Of a stretch of 64,000 bases of DNA, positions 49,851 to 62,860 are shown one piece after another (positions within the stretch are counted from its first letter, which is position 1; the number at the start of each line of letters is the position of its first letter). Location: contig NC_068981.1 of the NCBI RefSeq assembly GCF_001194135.2, forward strand, positions 59,868,172-59,932,171, written 5' to 3'. The notes beneath the pieces were generated by a model, which was not told the origin of the DNA, searched no databases, and saw nothing but the letters and a program-made list of their open reading frames with translations. Made by a program: the position numbers and the translations under genes. Source of the stretch: Octopus bimaculoides (lineage: Eukaryota).

Positions 49851-50224
49851 TATGCCAAACTAGTTTCAACAATATTTTCTATTCATCAATGGTAAAAGTT
49901 TAAAATAATGAATTAGATAAACATCTTTAAATGTTTCAATGTTGACAAATTAAAAGGTTCATAACAGACAGATTTAGAATTATGAATTAAGAGGACAAGT
50001 ACAGGAATTCCAATGTTGACAAGTTTAAATGTTCATAGCAGTCAATAATATTAAAAATGTACATCAATTTGTTTAAATGTACAAAGCTCATAAATGTTAG
50101 TAGTGATCGGTAAGAAATGAATATCATCAAAGTTTCAGTCATACTGAGTTAAGAGGGGAAAAACAAGGGAGAAATGAAGATAGTAAAACAAGAAATTTGG
50201 TTTACAGTTTCTCTTATCCTCTTT

Positions 50225-51980
50225 CCGTAGGAGCTTTCGCTTGTAGCGGTATGTGTTGGAATCGGGTGTATTTATAAATTTTGTTCCACGAGAGGATCTG
50301 ATTTTTGATTCGTTGAAGTACTGGTGATGTCTTGTTTTTCCGGTGCAGCGATGGGGACGAGGCTAGCCCCTAGTTTTACCAACCTTGTCATGGCATACTT
50401 GGAAATCCAAATATACGAACACGCTAGACTGAAATTTGAGGACAACTTCCAAAACTACTTACTCACCAACTGGAAACACTAACTGGATGACTGTTTCATT
50501 CTGTGGCCATATAACCTTGAACCCCTCTCAAAATTTAAAAACTTAACAGCATTAACCACAGTATCTAGTTCACAATGGAATACAGCCACAAACAACTGCC
50601 CTTCCTGGACATCTTAACCATAAAGAGAGATACTGAAATTGAAACCGACATCTTCAAAACCAACTGACTAAAAAACAATATCTTCCATTCACCTCCTGCC
50701 ACCCAAAACATACGAAAATAAACATACCGTTCAACTTAGCGAGAAGAATTTGCACAACTTCATCAAATCCCGAAACCCAAGAAAAGCGACTCCAAGAACT
50801 TCAAAACACATTACTAGAAAGAAAATACCCGGCCGATCTAATCAAAAACAGAATAGAACGTGCAAAAATGATAGACATCCAAGAGTTACGGTAAACAAGA
50901 AAACACCATGACACACTTAAAACTTTATCTTACGTATCAAACACAATCCAAGGAACATGGAATCATAAAACATCATCCACCAAAACATACCCTTCCTCGT
51001 GAAGGACCCGTGAATGAAAAAGGCACTGGAAAAACATAGGATTATTAAAAGCAAGAGACAACTGCAATCCCTAAAAAAGTTACTCACCAGCGCCAATTGC
51101 CCATCAAAAATACAACCCCACTAGTCAAAAAGTGCAACCGCCCTAACTGCGGAATTTGCATCTTCCTTTTAGAGGGCTCATCATATCAATTTAAGTCAGG
51201 TCAAACTTTTACCATAAAAAAGCACTTCACCTGTGCTTCGAAGAACTTAATCTATGTTCTCAAATGCGGAGGGTGTGGTGGGCACTACATAGGTCAAACT
51301 AGCTTAACTTTGAGGGATAGACTTACAGTGCACAGGCAACAAATCCGAGACCCCACGACTAGGAAAATTCCCGTAAACAAACACCTCGACCAATGCCCGT
51401 AAAAGTAGACCCGAAATACCAATTCTTCCCTCTCTATCAATGCACCGGAAACACTTTAATCCAATTCCGTTTAAATAAGGAAAGCATACTCATTAAAAAA
51501 TATAAACCACAGCTTTGAAAGAAGAAAAAACACCAAAGAGAAAAAGGAAAAAAGACTCAATTCTCCACAAAAATCAACCAGGAACAGCAAACAATTTTAA
51601 AAACTTTAGTAACAGTTTCCATCCGGATTTCGAAACCGCAACTCCAAATCACCATTCAAACACAGTTGCCGACGTCACCTACCTCTAGACTAATTAAATT
51701 TTACAAACACTAGTTGTTGACGTCACCTAAAATCTAGACCTATGAAAACCGAGCTTCAGTAAATACAACGAAATGACCCTTTAAGAGAACCAACCAACCG
51801 GAACGACTGATGACCGTTCCCCACAGGGAAGCCAGCCAGGCAGAACGACAAACTTGACCACAGGAAAAACAAGGCGTCACCAGTACTTTAACGAATCAAA
51901 AATCAGACCCGCTCGCGGAAAAAAAATATAAATACACCCGATTCCAAGACATACCGCTACAAGCAAACGCTCCTACGGAG
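50225..51980 (+). mobile_element. Penelope-like element with 5' inverted terminal copy
   Basis: GAAMGTRLAPSFTNLVMAYLE and LDDCFILW (RT); NLIYVLKCGGCGGHYIGQTSLTLRDRLTVHRQQI (GIY-YIG). 50225-50340 is the reverse complement of 51865-51980. Confidence 0.92.
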
Positions 51981-51989
51981 CCATGTCTG

Positions 51990-53520
51990 GGGAAATCCTC
52001 CAGTACCACTGCTTTACAGAAACACATGACAATTATTGATAACATTGAAATAGAGGAAACTGATGTAATATCAGCCAATGATAAAATGAACTCAAACTCA
52101 GCCACAGGCTCTTATGGTTTCTCAGAAATCCTCCTAAAGAAATGCAAAGGGATCCAGAAGACCATTACAGATCCTCTTTCAGAGATTCCTCGCAACTGAG
52201 ACTTCCCAGAAGTTTTAAGTAAGATATATGTGCTATCCATAAGGGAGGTAGCAGAGCGGAAGCTAAGAATGATAAGCTTGTCTCTATAACCTTCTACGTC
52301 AGCAAAATCTTGGAATGCGTTGTCAGGAGGTAACTTGTTGCGTTCCTCGAAGATGATGACTTGCTCCCTAGTTTGGTTTTCGCTCAGGAAGAAGCTGTCT
52401 TACACAGCCGTTGCAGCATTATGACTAGATGTTGAAACAACTAATGAATCACTCAGACATGATTTTGCATAGGCTTTTGATAAGGTCGATCATGGGATGA
52501 CATGTCACAAGCTCAGCATAGTCTGAAAATTGGGAGAGTAGTAACATAGCATAAGCCAGGCTGGGACAGTTAATGGTGCCCTCTCCAAAGAGACAGAAAT
52601 AGTGAGTGGAGTGTCTCAAGGAACTGTCTTCGTGAGGCTGCTGTTTATAGTGGCTCCTTCTGTCATGCCATCAGTTACACAGGTAGCCATACTTACTAGT
52701 TCTACCGACAACATAAAGACAGTGCAAGCATTCAAGGAATCGTCCGATGCTAACCTTCTACAGAAAGACATAGATGCCATATATAAATGGGCAGAAGGAA
52801 ACAACATGCAATTTAATGCAGGGAAATTCCAAACCGTCCACTATCAGCTCTCTACTGCCCACAAGCCACAGCAACGACACACTAGAACAAAAGGTGCAGC
52901 AATCCTATAGTCAAGTACAATGCCTGATTTAGGAATTGAAATGAGCATGGACGCCTCGTTTCACGTACATATTACCAAGATGATGGTAATGTGCAAGAGA
53001 ATCTTCGGTTGCATTCGAAGAATCCTCAAAACAAGGGACCACGAAATTATGCTGGTTCTTTGAAAGACATTTGTACTCAGCCGTTTGGACTATTGCGCTG
53101 AACTGTGAGAACGGAACTTCAGGCTGTTTGGCCGTGGTTCACTTGGAAGATTGAATCAATGGAAAAGCTGAGCTACTGGGAGAGACTGAGAGCTACGACT
53201 CTACTTCTAGGAGATGTATGCAGTGATATACATATGGAAGACCCTGGGGACCAGACTTTGGTCTCAAAAGCTATACTAGTCCCCAGAAGAGACGTCACTG
53301 TCCTGTTCCAACGGTCCCAGCTATCCCCTCTAGAGTGAGGACCATGTACTTGGCATTCAAGGGCCCACAACAATTTAATGATTTGCCAAAACATCTGAGA
53401 GTAGGAGTAAATGTTTTCAAGACACGACTGCTGTCCAGATGAACCTATATCATGGCAAGAGACTCAAAAGAGGGCAGCAATGACGAACTCCTTTCTTCAC
53501 CAAAATTAAGTCGCATCTGA
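51990..53520 (+). mobile_element. CR1-group LINE remnant (RT)
   Basis: AIHKGGSR, FGFRSGRSCLTQ, AFDKVDHG, SGVSQGTV, LQKDIDAIYKWAEGNNMQFNAGKF and LDYC. Confidence 0.9.
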
Positions 53521-54194
53521 ATGGCCATTGAAAAGCTTATTACACTGGAGGTGTTCCATGACGGTCATAGCTTTTGGGCTCAAACATATAAAAGAATATA
53601 TATACATATGTTTGTTTGTTCGTATGTTTGTTTGTTCGTATGTTTCTTTTTTTCTGTATTTAATCTTTTTCTCTTTGATTTTCACATCAACAGGATAGCT
53701 AACATCTGTAACGGTACATATTTTTCTTGTCTATCCCAAGCAACAATATCCGGCATGTTATGTTTATATTTGACAAATGTTTTGATGGGAATGTTCCACC
53801 AATACTCCTTGTGCTGGTATTTGCGTACGTATCCAATAACAGGGGTATTCTCTATATTTAATCCAAAGCTTAATGGTTCAACATGATGAAATGGCTAGAA
53901 GAAAGAGGCTGAGTGAAAGGGAGATAATAACGGTTAGTCGGCCAAACTAAGGTGCGCAAGCGCGTGTGTCGTAGGTGAGAATAGCGTGTGTGAGTGTGTA
54001 TGTGTGAATGGGGGCTAGTGCGTGTGGATGTGTGTTTGTGTGCGAGCTTAAAATTATGTGGGCCTGTGTGTGTGGAAGTGTATAAGTAACTTAGTGCGCA
54101 TATTTTGTGGAGTGATATGCGTTTCTTGTACTGGTGTGTATGTGTTTGCGCGTATGGACGTATGTACATATGTGCGGGGATATATTGCGATGAT

Positions 54195-54810
54195 GTGAGA
54201 AGCGGTGATGAGTGACAATTCTGTAAAAAATAGTAATATTTTATCAGCTTAAAGCTTTTAAGAGATCACCGTGTGTTGACGAAGGAAAATAGTCTAATAC
54301 TGGGGCATATAAGCCCTAGTCAGAAAAAACGTGGGTTTTCTGTACGCATAGGAATCGTACCCACACCGCTATATATTCACAATATGAAATTATCGTTCTT
54401 AAATCTAACGGGAAGAAGTGAGACCTATAATTTCCTATTTTGAATACATAGAGGTATGGGTTCGAGTCTCATGCGTAAAGAAAACCCACTTTTCCGTAGA
54501 GGGCATATGTGCACCAATGTTAAACGCACACACTTGTTTGTTTATATAAAAAAATATCACTAGGAAATTATGGTTCTTAAATCTAACGGGAAGAAGTGAG
54601 TGGTACGTTGGCGTAAATGGTAGCATACTTATCAGGCATATATAGGGTCGAGTCCCACGCGTACGGAAGACCGACTTTCTCCGTCAAGGGTTATGTGCCT
54701 CAATATTAGACTATATTCTTTAGTCAATACATGGTAATCGCTCATAAGTCTTAAGCAAAGAAAATATTATATTTGTGTGTGAATGTATATTGTATCATTA
54801 TCACCATATC
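54195..54810. repeat. Inverted and tandem array of a tRNA-headed short repeat
   Basis: About 54235-54375 is inverted relative to about 54620-54770. A 37-bp direct repeat lies at 54386-54422 and 54564-54600 (1 mismatch). Box A TGGCGTAAATGG and box B GGTCGAGTCC at 54609-54655. Confidence 0.7.
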
Positions 54811-55729
54811 TACTCGCCTGGATTCCTCTTACAGCCATTCTTTACCCCGCCGACTTAGTTCTCAGTAAAGGTTTCGCAGTCTAAGTTTAAATCACTTGAA
54901 CGCTATGAAGTGTTTTCTATATTGAGCATCTCTGGACCTTACTTGTTAGCTCCCTGCCTGTCTCTCACCCCCCCATATATATATATANNNNNNNNNNNNN
55001 NNNNNNNNNNNNNNNNNNNNNNNNNNNNNNNNNNNNNNNNNNNNNNNNNNNNNNNNNNNNNNNNNNNNNNNNNNNNNNNNNNNNNNNNNNNNNNNNNNNN
55101 NNNNNNNNNNNNNNNNNNNNNNNNNNNNNNNNNNNNNNNNNNNNNNNNNNNNNNNNNNNNNNNNNNNNNNNNNNNNNNNNNNNNNNNNNNNNNNNNNNNN
55201 NNNNNNNNNNNNNNNNNNNNNNNNNNNNNNNNNNNNNNNNNNNNNNNNNNNNNNNNNNNNNNNNNNNNNNNNNNNNNNNNNNNNNNNNNNNNNNNNNNNN
55301 NNNNNNNNNNNNNNNNNNNNNNNNNNNNNNNNNNNNNNNNNNNNNNNNNNNNNNNNNNNNNNNNNNNNNNNNNNNNNNNNNNNNNNNNNNNNNNNNNNNN
55401 NNNNNNNNNNNNNNNNNNNNNNNNNNNNNNNNNNNNNNNNNNNNNNNNNNNNNNNNNNNNNNNNNNNNNNNNNNNNNNNNNNNNNNNNNNNNNNNNNNNN
55501 NNNNNNNNNNNNNNNNNNNNNNNNNNNNNNNNNNNNNNNNNNNNNNNNNNNNNNNNNNNNNNNNNNNNNNNNNNNNNNNNNNNNNNNNNNNNNNNNNNNN
55601 NNNNNNNNNNNNNNNNNNNNNNNNNNNNNNNNNNNNNNNNNNNNNTCTAATTTCAGTGGAATCTATCCACTGGTTTTCAGAAATAGAGTTATTAATATTT
55701 CTAAGTCTCTCTAAAGGAGACTACGGCAG

Positions 55730-55945
55730 CGGTACTGGAAATTAATAGTTATCGCCAAGCCAACATGGCAGTCCCAAAATTAGGACGAAAGCTGCCGTGA
55801 ATTAGCTCCAAGAAGCCATCGCCTCTAGCTAGCTATGTGACACACGAACCTGTGTCCTTTATAACCTTCGAACAGGGGAGGTCAGCAGTGTCCCCCTGCT
55901 GGTTTGGCATCTGCAGACTAGACTAGTTTCAGGGTGTTGCCCCTT
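55730..55945 (+). repeat. Unclassified dispersed repeat
   Basis: GC-richer block resembling a common octopus retroposon segment (recollection only). Confidence 0.35.
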
Positions 55946-56030
55946 GTATATATATATATACCCACGCCAACAAACCTATATGTGTATGTGTGTGTTGCAT
56001 GTATACACACACAAACACATACATATGTGA

Positions 56031-56351
56031 TGGAGCGTAGGTTTAGTGGTTAGGATACTTGGCTCATGATTGTAAATTCGTAGTTTGATTTCCGGCGGCG
56101 CATTGTGTACTTGAACAAAACACTTTATTTCACATTGCTCCAAGTCCACTCAGCTGGCAAAAATGTGTTGCACTTGTAATCTAAAGGACCGACCGTGTCA
56201 CAGTCTGTTTCACGCTGAATCTCCCTGAGAAATATGTTAAAGGTACTTGGTTCTGTGAAGTACTCAACCGGTTGAACGGCAGTTTCAAGAACAGGCTGTT
56301 CCATTGATAGGATCAACTGGAACGCTCGTCATCGTAACCAACGGAATGCCA
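56031..56351 (+). mobile_element. tRNA-derived SINE sharing its 3' domain with 19470-19862
   Basis: Head GTAGGTTTAGTGGTTAGG..GTTTGATTTCC, centre ttgtgtacttgaacaaaacacttt, 3' caggctgttccattgataggatcaactggaac. Confidence 0.85.
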
Positions 56352-56879
56352 GTTACCTTAACATGTATATATAAACATACTCTCTTTCATACAGAAGCAC
56401 ATTTTTACATACACGTATAAATTAAGACATGTAGGCTTGGGAACAGGGCGTGCAAGCGCACATACTAAACTTTTGGCAGGTCAATGAAAGGGCTTTGAAT
56501 CATCTGGGTTGGATCTGATTTGAACCCTCAAGACAAATTTTGTTTCTGCTTTTAAAGATCTAGTGTAATAGATTTTTACTATTCGTGCTTCAGACCCATA
56601 ATGTAGCTCTGTAGAAAGAACTTTACAGTATCATTAACGAGAAGAAAAGTAATTAGAGTGATAATTTCAGTTAAACTGTATGAGTTGTTTTTGACGTATG
56701 ACTTGTTAATAATTCACTATAATGGTCTATTCTGGGAACTAGTTGTTGCAGCTTTTTTCTTTTTCTTTTTTTTTTTTTTTGCTTTTGACTTTGTTAATCG
56801 TGCAGTAGTTATTTTTTATAGGATCAAAATTACTTTGCCTGCATGAGATTATACTTAACTTCCTCGAATTTATATCTTC

Positions 56880-58330
56880 AAGTATTTTCAATGCTTTGAT
56901 CATGCAACGCCTACGTATTTTTCCGTTATTCCTATATCATGTGGCTGTTGCTGTAATACTTTATTGCATATTACTGTCGGCACCTCTAGACTTTTTACTC
57001 GATACATGTTTTGCTTGTGAAATTGCATTGTTTGATATTTTGTTAGCAATTGTGTCATGGTACATGCTATAGCGGCCTTTAAGGGGAATTGATATGGAAC
57101 CAATATAATATCGAGTGTCAGCTTTAGTAATGACATTATAATTACCTACAAGGCGACTGTAAGTCGCTGTCTTATATTTACAGGTTAATGAGTCTCGCAG
57201 AGAGCCTTAAAGGACCTAGTAAATTGGTATTTTACATTAGGTTGCATTCAATGTATTTCTTAATCATGTGAAATATTAGAGTAATCAACGTAATCAGCTA
57301 GGTAAGGTATTGTTGAGAATGAGGACTTAGCCGTGAATCTTAAAGATGGTATGATGGTTATGCTCAAGTGGAAAGTTCTACGTTAGCATATCGAAAAAAA
57401 TCTTACCTACGTTTTTTTGTTCGTTCCTTGCGTAAAAGCCTTGTATCAAGTTACGCTTACGTCCCTAGATTGTTTCGCTCTAGTCCTGTCAGTATATGTC
57501 AGTTGTTTTCAGAAGATATCTTATATCTATAATTATTCGTTTTATATTGATATAGATGTGTAATTTATTTGAATTACTTCGGGTATAGTCGTAGAACTAT
57601 TGCTGTTAGCCAGTTTATACTTGAGATTTTGAAAATTGAGTTTTGGGCCTAGGATCACTATTATTTGCAGTTGTAGGAACTGTTCTCTGCTCTGTATTTG
57701 TCTCCTGAGAGTATTTATCTCTTTATTAACAGCTTTCCCATGATTAGTTCCAGATCGATTTTTTTCGTATTATCTTATTTCTATCTATATATTATAGTTC
57801 CATGCTTCTAAATTTAGCATTACATATATTAGTTTTTAATTATCCTGTATCATTATTTTGATTTAGATATGGATTAGGAAGACAATAAATGTTTTATGGA
57901 CTGTTTAAATTTTGGGAGAGTATTAAGATTAGGGTGTTGTTTCTTGATCATGTGTAGGAATCTACGGCACTAAATCTCTTACTTTGCTTGTTTCATTATA
58001 ATATTCTATGCTCATCTTTAAATATTTATATACTTACTGACAATTTAACTATTCTAAATGAAATACTACTTATAAAACTGTCGTTAAAACTGCAATGCTT
58101 AGAGTGTTTCTGTAATATAGGTTTTCATATCGCTTATGTAAAGGAGTATGTAAGCCTATGTTAAAACCGAATTTAATGAAATGAAATCTGATTGCTCCCT
58201 TACTTCTACTCCTTAGCTCAGATACAATGGAGACAACACTATTTAATTTCTTCTTGAGCGTACTGCATAAAGATTGTCTGGTTTTCCACTTCGTATTTAA
58301 GTAAAGTCCGTGAAACAATTCAGCACAGTA
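56880..58330 (-). mobile_element. Decayed Penelope-like element (GIY-YIG plus RT-proximal remnants)
   Basis: ADTRYYIGSISIPLKGRYSMYHDTI..QAKHV..YRNNGKIRRRCM, with upstream RRFLHMIKKQH. Confidence 0.6.
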
Positions 58331-58549
58331 GTTATGGCCTGTGAAACAATAACACTGTTCTGTATCCATTGTAAATCTTAGACATTATTTATGTTTATTA
58401 CGCGATCTCTGGGGATTTGATAATGAAATTTGCTTATAGGCATTTTTTCTTATATGATAGCTATCATTGTTATTGAAATGTGCGCACGGTGACTTAAGCA
58501 AATCAATTTTAAGCTTTCTCTATAAATATGGTTTGTATACACACACACA

Positions 58550-58585
<36 letters not shown>

Positions 58586-58806
58586 CACACACATATATAT
58601 GTATGTATGTATGTATGTATGAAAGTATGTATGTGAATATGCACATGACAATTAACTGTGGGTTAGCGTATTACTAAGAGTAAATGTTCACTTCTTATTT
58701 TAAGATCTTTTACACAGTTGTGCGCGTAAATGTATATATATACATGTACTTGTGTGTGTATGTGTGTGTTGTGCGTGCGTGTGTGTGGTGCTTACAAACA
58801 CGCCCG

Positions 58807-58886
<80 letters not shown>

Positions 58887-59158
58887 AAATATCATATTTC
58901 TAAATCTCTCAAAGAGATTTAAGCAATTGTGTCAAGGCCGACCGGAAGCGGTCCANNNNNNNNNNNNNNNNNNNNNNNNNNNNNNNNNNNNNNNNNNNNN
59001 NNNNNNNNNNNNNNNNNNNNNNNNNNNNNNNNNNNNNNNNNNNNNNNNNNNNNNNNNNNNNNNNNNNNNNNNNNNNNNNNNNNNNNNNNNNNNNNNNNNN
59101 NNNNNNNNNNNNNNNNNNNNNNNNNNNNNNNTATATATATGTATATATATACATGTAA

Positions 59159-59356
59159 TGAGTAGGTACTGAAAGGTTCCTGGTTTTAAGGGTATTGCGA
59201 AAGGCCTGGTTGGAAATTCAAGGTTCTTCTACTGGGCTTAGAAAAATTGAAGGGCTGCTGCAATAAATGTGTGAATCTGAACGAGGTATATGTTGAATAA
59301 AATCATAATTAACTGATCCTCTGTACTCAAAGCTAGGAACTTTACAGCACCCCTCG
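59159..59356. mobile_element. Mariner-derived MITE
   Basis: Left GGTACTGAAAGGTTCCTGGTTTT matches the reverse complement of the right end CGAGGGGTGCTGTAAAGTTCCTAGCTTT. TA follows the right TIR. Confidence 0.75.
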
Positions 59357-59362
59357 TATGTA

Positions 59363-59403
<41 letters not shown>

Positions 59404-59405
<2 letters not shown>

Positions 59406-60990
59406 TTCACAGATGAGATCCAGAGATCCTCCGTATAGAAGACACTTAATACTGCTGAAAAGTTTCCGATGTCTTTGCAAGGGATCATTCCACAAGGTAA
59501 AGGAAGGCTTATAGGAGGGATCCAGTTGAGCGGGTTTAGAAGAAATTATACGGATAAAAGAAATTAGACGACACATCAAATATATCAAATGTATTAAGCA
59601 TCAAATTCAAAATATGTATACATGTATACATGCAAAACGTTAGGAAGCAAAAGTGGAAACTTTCAGATGATGAATGTTTATGTATAAATATATAAATATC
59701 AATATTAATAGGTTCAACTTACAGAGAGTACAATTGATAGAGAAATTAAATGGGTGGAAGAAAAGTGTTATAAGTCCAACAACTCTTTCTCGGAGCTCGG
59801 TGATCCATAATAATGTTGGTAGATTTAGTACATCCCAATATGCTGTCGTATGGATGCAGTCAACATTAAATGAGAGTAGCGTATGGATATAGTGGGTTAG
59901 AAGAATTTGCAAAGGTAACAATGAGAAAGAATAATTCAATAAGAAGGGTGTTTTTAGTTGAGGTTTGTAAGTTGCTAGGCTGATCTTATCGTTCCTCAAG
60001 GTTAATTTTAGTTAAGGTTACTTATAGTTATGGTCGTAATGAGAATTTGTGGCGAAAGATAGCGATTCTCTTAAACGAAATTTACACATACTGATATTTG
60101 CATTGTATGTGGGAGCCTCACTTATGGCGGTCCAGGATAAGGTATAGGGAACATTTTCAGATTTGAGGTTGTATATATAAGTTGCTAAGGTGGTAGATAA
60201 TTTAGAATTTGAATTAGAGAAAGAGTCCATGTGTGCACGGTAGCGGCGCTTGAAATCAATTGTGCCTCCGATTGCTTGGTGGAGAGCTTAGTGATGTAGA
60301 CCATTACTTGGTGGGAGCTTGGTGATGTAACACGACACTTGTAGGCTATATTTACTAGTTTGACCCAAGTCTGATTTGGCGAGGAAGATCAGTCTAATAG
60401 AAGGCTTAGTGGAGAAGTTGGGTTAGTGGTGTTTCAAGGTGAAGTGTGTGTGTGTGCGTGTGAGTGAGTGTGTGTGTGTGTGTGAGTGAGTGTGTGTGTG
60501 TGTGTGAATGAGTGTGTGTGTGTGTGAGTGAGTGTGTGTGTGTAGGTGTATATGGTTCAGTTCTATTTAGTAAGTTTAGATCAGCGATGTGGTTACAGTG
60601 GATGTTTTTTATTGTCCTTAAGGGCATTCCTATGCACGTGTTTGTAATTTGCGAGGCTCATCTCATCCAATGTTAATTGCATCCATACAACAGTATATTG
60701 GGATGTACTAAATCTATCAACATCCTTATGGATCGCTGAGCTCCCAGAAATAGCTGTTGGAATTATAACACTTTTCTTCCACTCCTTAATTTTCTCTGTC
60801 ATTTGTACTCTGCGTAAGTTGGACCTATTAATATAAATATCTATATATTTATAAATAAACATTCATCATCTGACAGTTTCTACCTTTTGTTTCCTCTCCT
60901 TTTGAATGTATACATATATACATATTTTGAATTTGATGTTTAATATATTTAATGTTCGATGTGTCGTCTAATTTGTTTTCTCCGTTTAAT
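59404..60990 (-). mobile_element. Penelope-like element fragment with inverted terminal copy
   Basis: GIY-YIG remnant NIAYKCRVT..GGTIDFKRRYRAHMDSF..STTLATYIYNLK..LSWTAISEAPTY. 59550-59875 is inverted relative to 60655-60990. Confidence 0.82.
60442..60545. repeat. (GT)n/(GAGT)n microsatellite
   Basis: Read directly from the sequence. Confidence 0.95.
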
Positions 60991-60999
60991 AACATTATG

Positions 61000-61251
61000 C
61001 CAATGTTATTAACACATACACTGGTTCAATTCCACGCTTTCATTATTAGTCAACTGGTTAAATATCTTACTCACTAATCGATTGTTTGTTTACTTTGCAT
61101 AATCAGTAAATCATTTATTCTGTTTTTGTTTATCAAAGCTCTTTCGATGCTACTTGCAAAGTAAAGCAAAACAAATGGCTTACTGTTTAACCAAGTCAAA
61201 CAAGATAATAAAGCAGTGGAATTAAACCAGTGCATGTGTTAATAATATTGG
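61000..61251. repeat. Foldback (about 100-bp arms, about 55-bp spacer)
   Basis: ccaatgttattaacacatacactggttcaattccac... is matched in reverse by ...gtggaattaaaccagtgcatgtgttaataatattgg. Confidence 0.8.
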
Positions 61252-62254
61252 TGTAATGAACTTCCATAGACACAACAAAGTTTACTTCAACACTCGAATC
61301 CGCATAAAGAATCTTGCAAACCAGATATAAAAACGAAATATATGCATATGTTTATATTGCTCGGAGAAATATAAAACTCGATATCATAGTTCGTTATATT
61401 ATATTGCTTGTTGCTGTAGAAAGAATCTTCTTTGTCAATTTCACTTTGTAATTTATTTTTCAGGCTTCTTGTCATTGAGAACGCACATGTTTAGTAAAGG
61501 ATGTTGAAGTGTTTTTTTTTGTTTTGTTTTTTAAGTGTATGTGATAAAAGAATGATGCTAATTGTCATCCAAGGTGTATTCAAATGTGATAACTTACATA
61601 AAGCTGGAAGGAAAAACGTTTGCATACTATCACTGAATAAGAAAAAATTGGTTTAGAATTTCTGAATCACATCAAATCACGTCAAGGATTACATGTATTC
61701 AATAGACGGTGCCAACGAATGATAGCTCTAATCAAAAGAATCACTAACTCTGACGTCAGAATTTGGCAACTATCTTTTCGTGTGTGAAAGAGATAGATAT
61801 TTATCTGTTTTAATATTAGAAGTTGAACGGCGAATACTCTTAATTGTTATACCATTTGTATTTTATTTTGTGCATGCAGGAAGACAACCAAAAGCAAGAT
61901 GGCTGACCTAAACTTATAAAATCTCGATAAAAATGAAAATATATAATAAAACGGATATTCTCTTCCTAGGAATCAAATGTCATTTAGAATAAATACGTCT
62001 GTTTCCATATATGCTTAGGTTTTACTTATTTTTAAGTATGCAAAAAATTATGTTCTTCACCGCTTCAACTTATTTACACACTCGCAAATCTTTCAGCAGA
62101 CATGCTTTGATTTTCCAACCAACCTCTTTCTTCCGACCGTTTCATCACGTTGAATCGATAATTCCTACACATTTTTTCTCTCTCTAGGTCTTTTTTTCTT
62201 TCTCCCTCCTTTTTTTTTTTTCATCTTAACCATTTCTCTCAAAGAGCGTAGGCA

Positions 62255-62860
62255 CGAAATGTCTGACGGGCAGAACACACCCCTTCCAGGGAAAGCGGAA
62301 GAGCAAGCACTGCAGTTTCATCAGTCACAAAGCAGGGCAAGAGATAACAGTTCGCCACCTTCTCCCGACCCTTCAGCGATAACTTCCTATCTGCTCAATT
62401 CTGAGTGAGACTGGCCACACTACTCGTTCCCTCCCCCCAGTTCTTGTCCACCTGGAGGTCTGGACCAAACCAGACCCCGAGTAATTACACCGGGCCTTCC
62501 GTCCAGCGCATTACGACGCTGTGCCTAGCTGCAGGCCCACCGGCTGCAGCACCACCACTCCCCGGTACACAACACTGGGAATTCTCTCGTTCTGATGCCT
62601 ATTGTGATAGATATCTGCCAAGAAATCACCGAACAAGTATGGCATATGAAAATAAAGGTAGAAGGACGGATCATCCAGCCTCGGAGACTTCACTCTTGCG
62701 CAGCTAATCATCGTCTCCCGTATATCTTCTGTTCTTATCGGCATTTCGCAGTACTCCGCATTCTTGGCCGAGAGGTGTGAGACGTCACTGTGATAAGACT
62801 TTAAATCCACCTCCGTCCCCGACACACCGAGCGCCCCGTACAATTCGGCACAGTGCCGCT
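62255..62860 (-). mobile_element. Tx1-clade LINE fragment, internally deleted
   Basis: CEMPIRTEDIRE..KSPRLDDPSFYLY..IPSVVYRGVVVL|QPVGLQLG..LLGVWFGPDLQ..RKLSLKGR. Confidence 0.85.

Noticed and set aside
61464-61493. 30-nt candidate exon (LLVIENAHV, Walker-B-like) and the acceptor at about 61879
   Set aside because: Too short to distinguish from chance, with no supporting partner exons.
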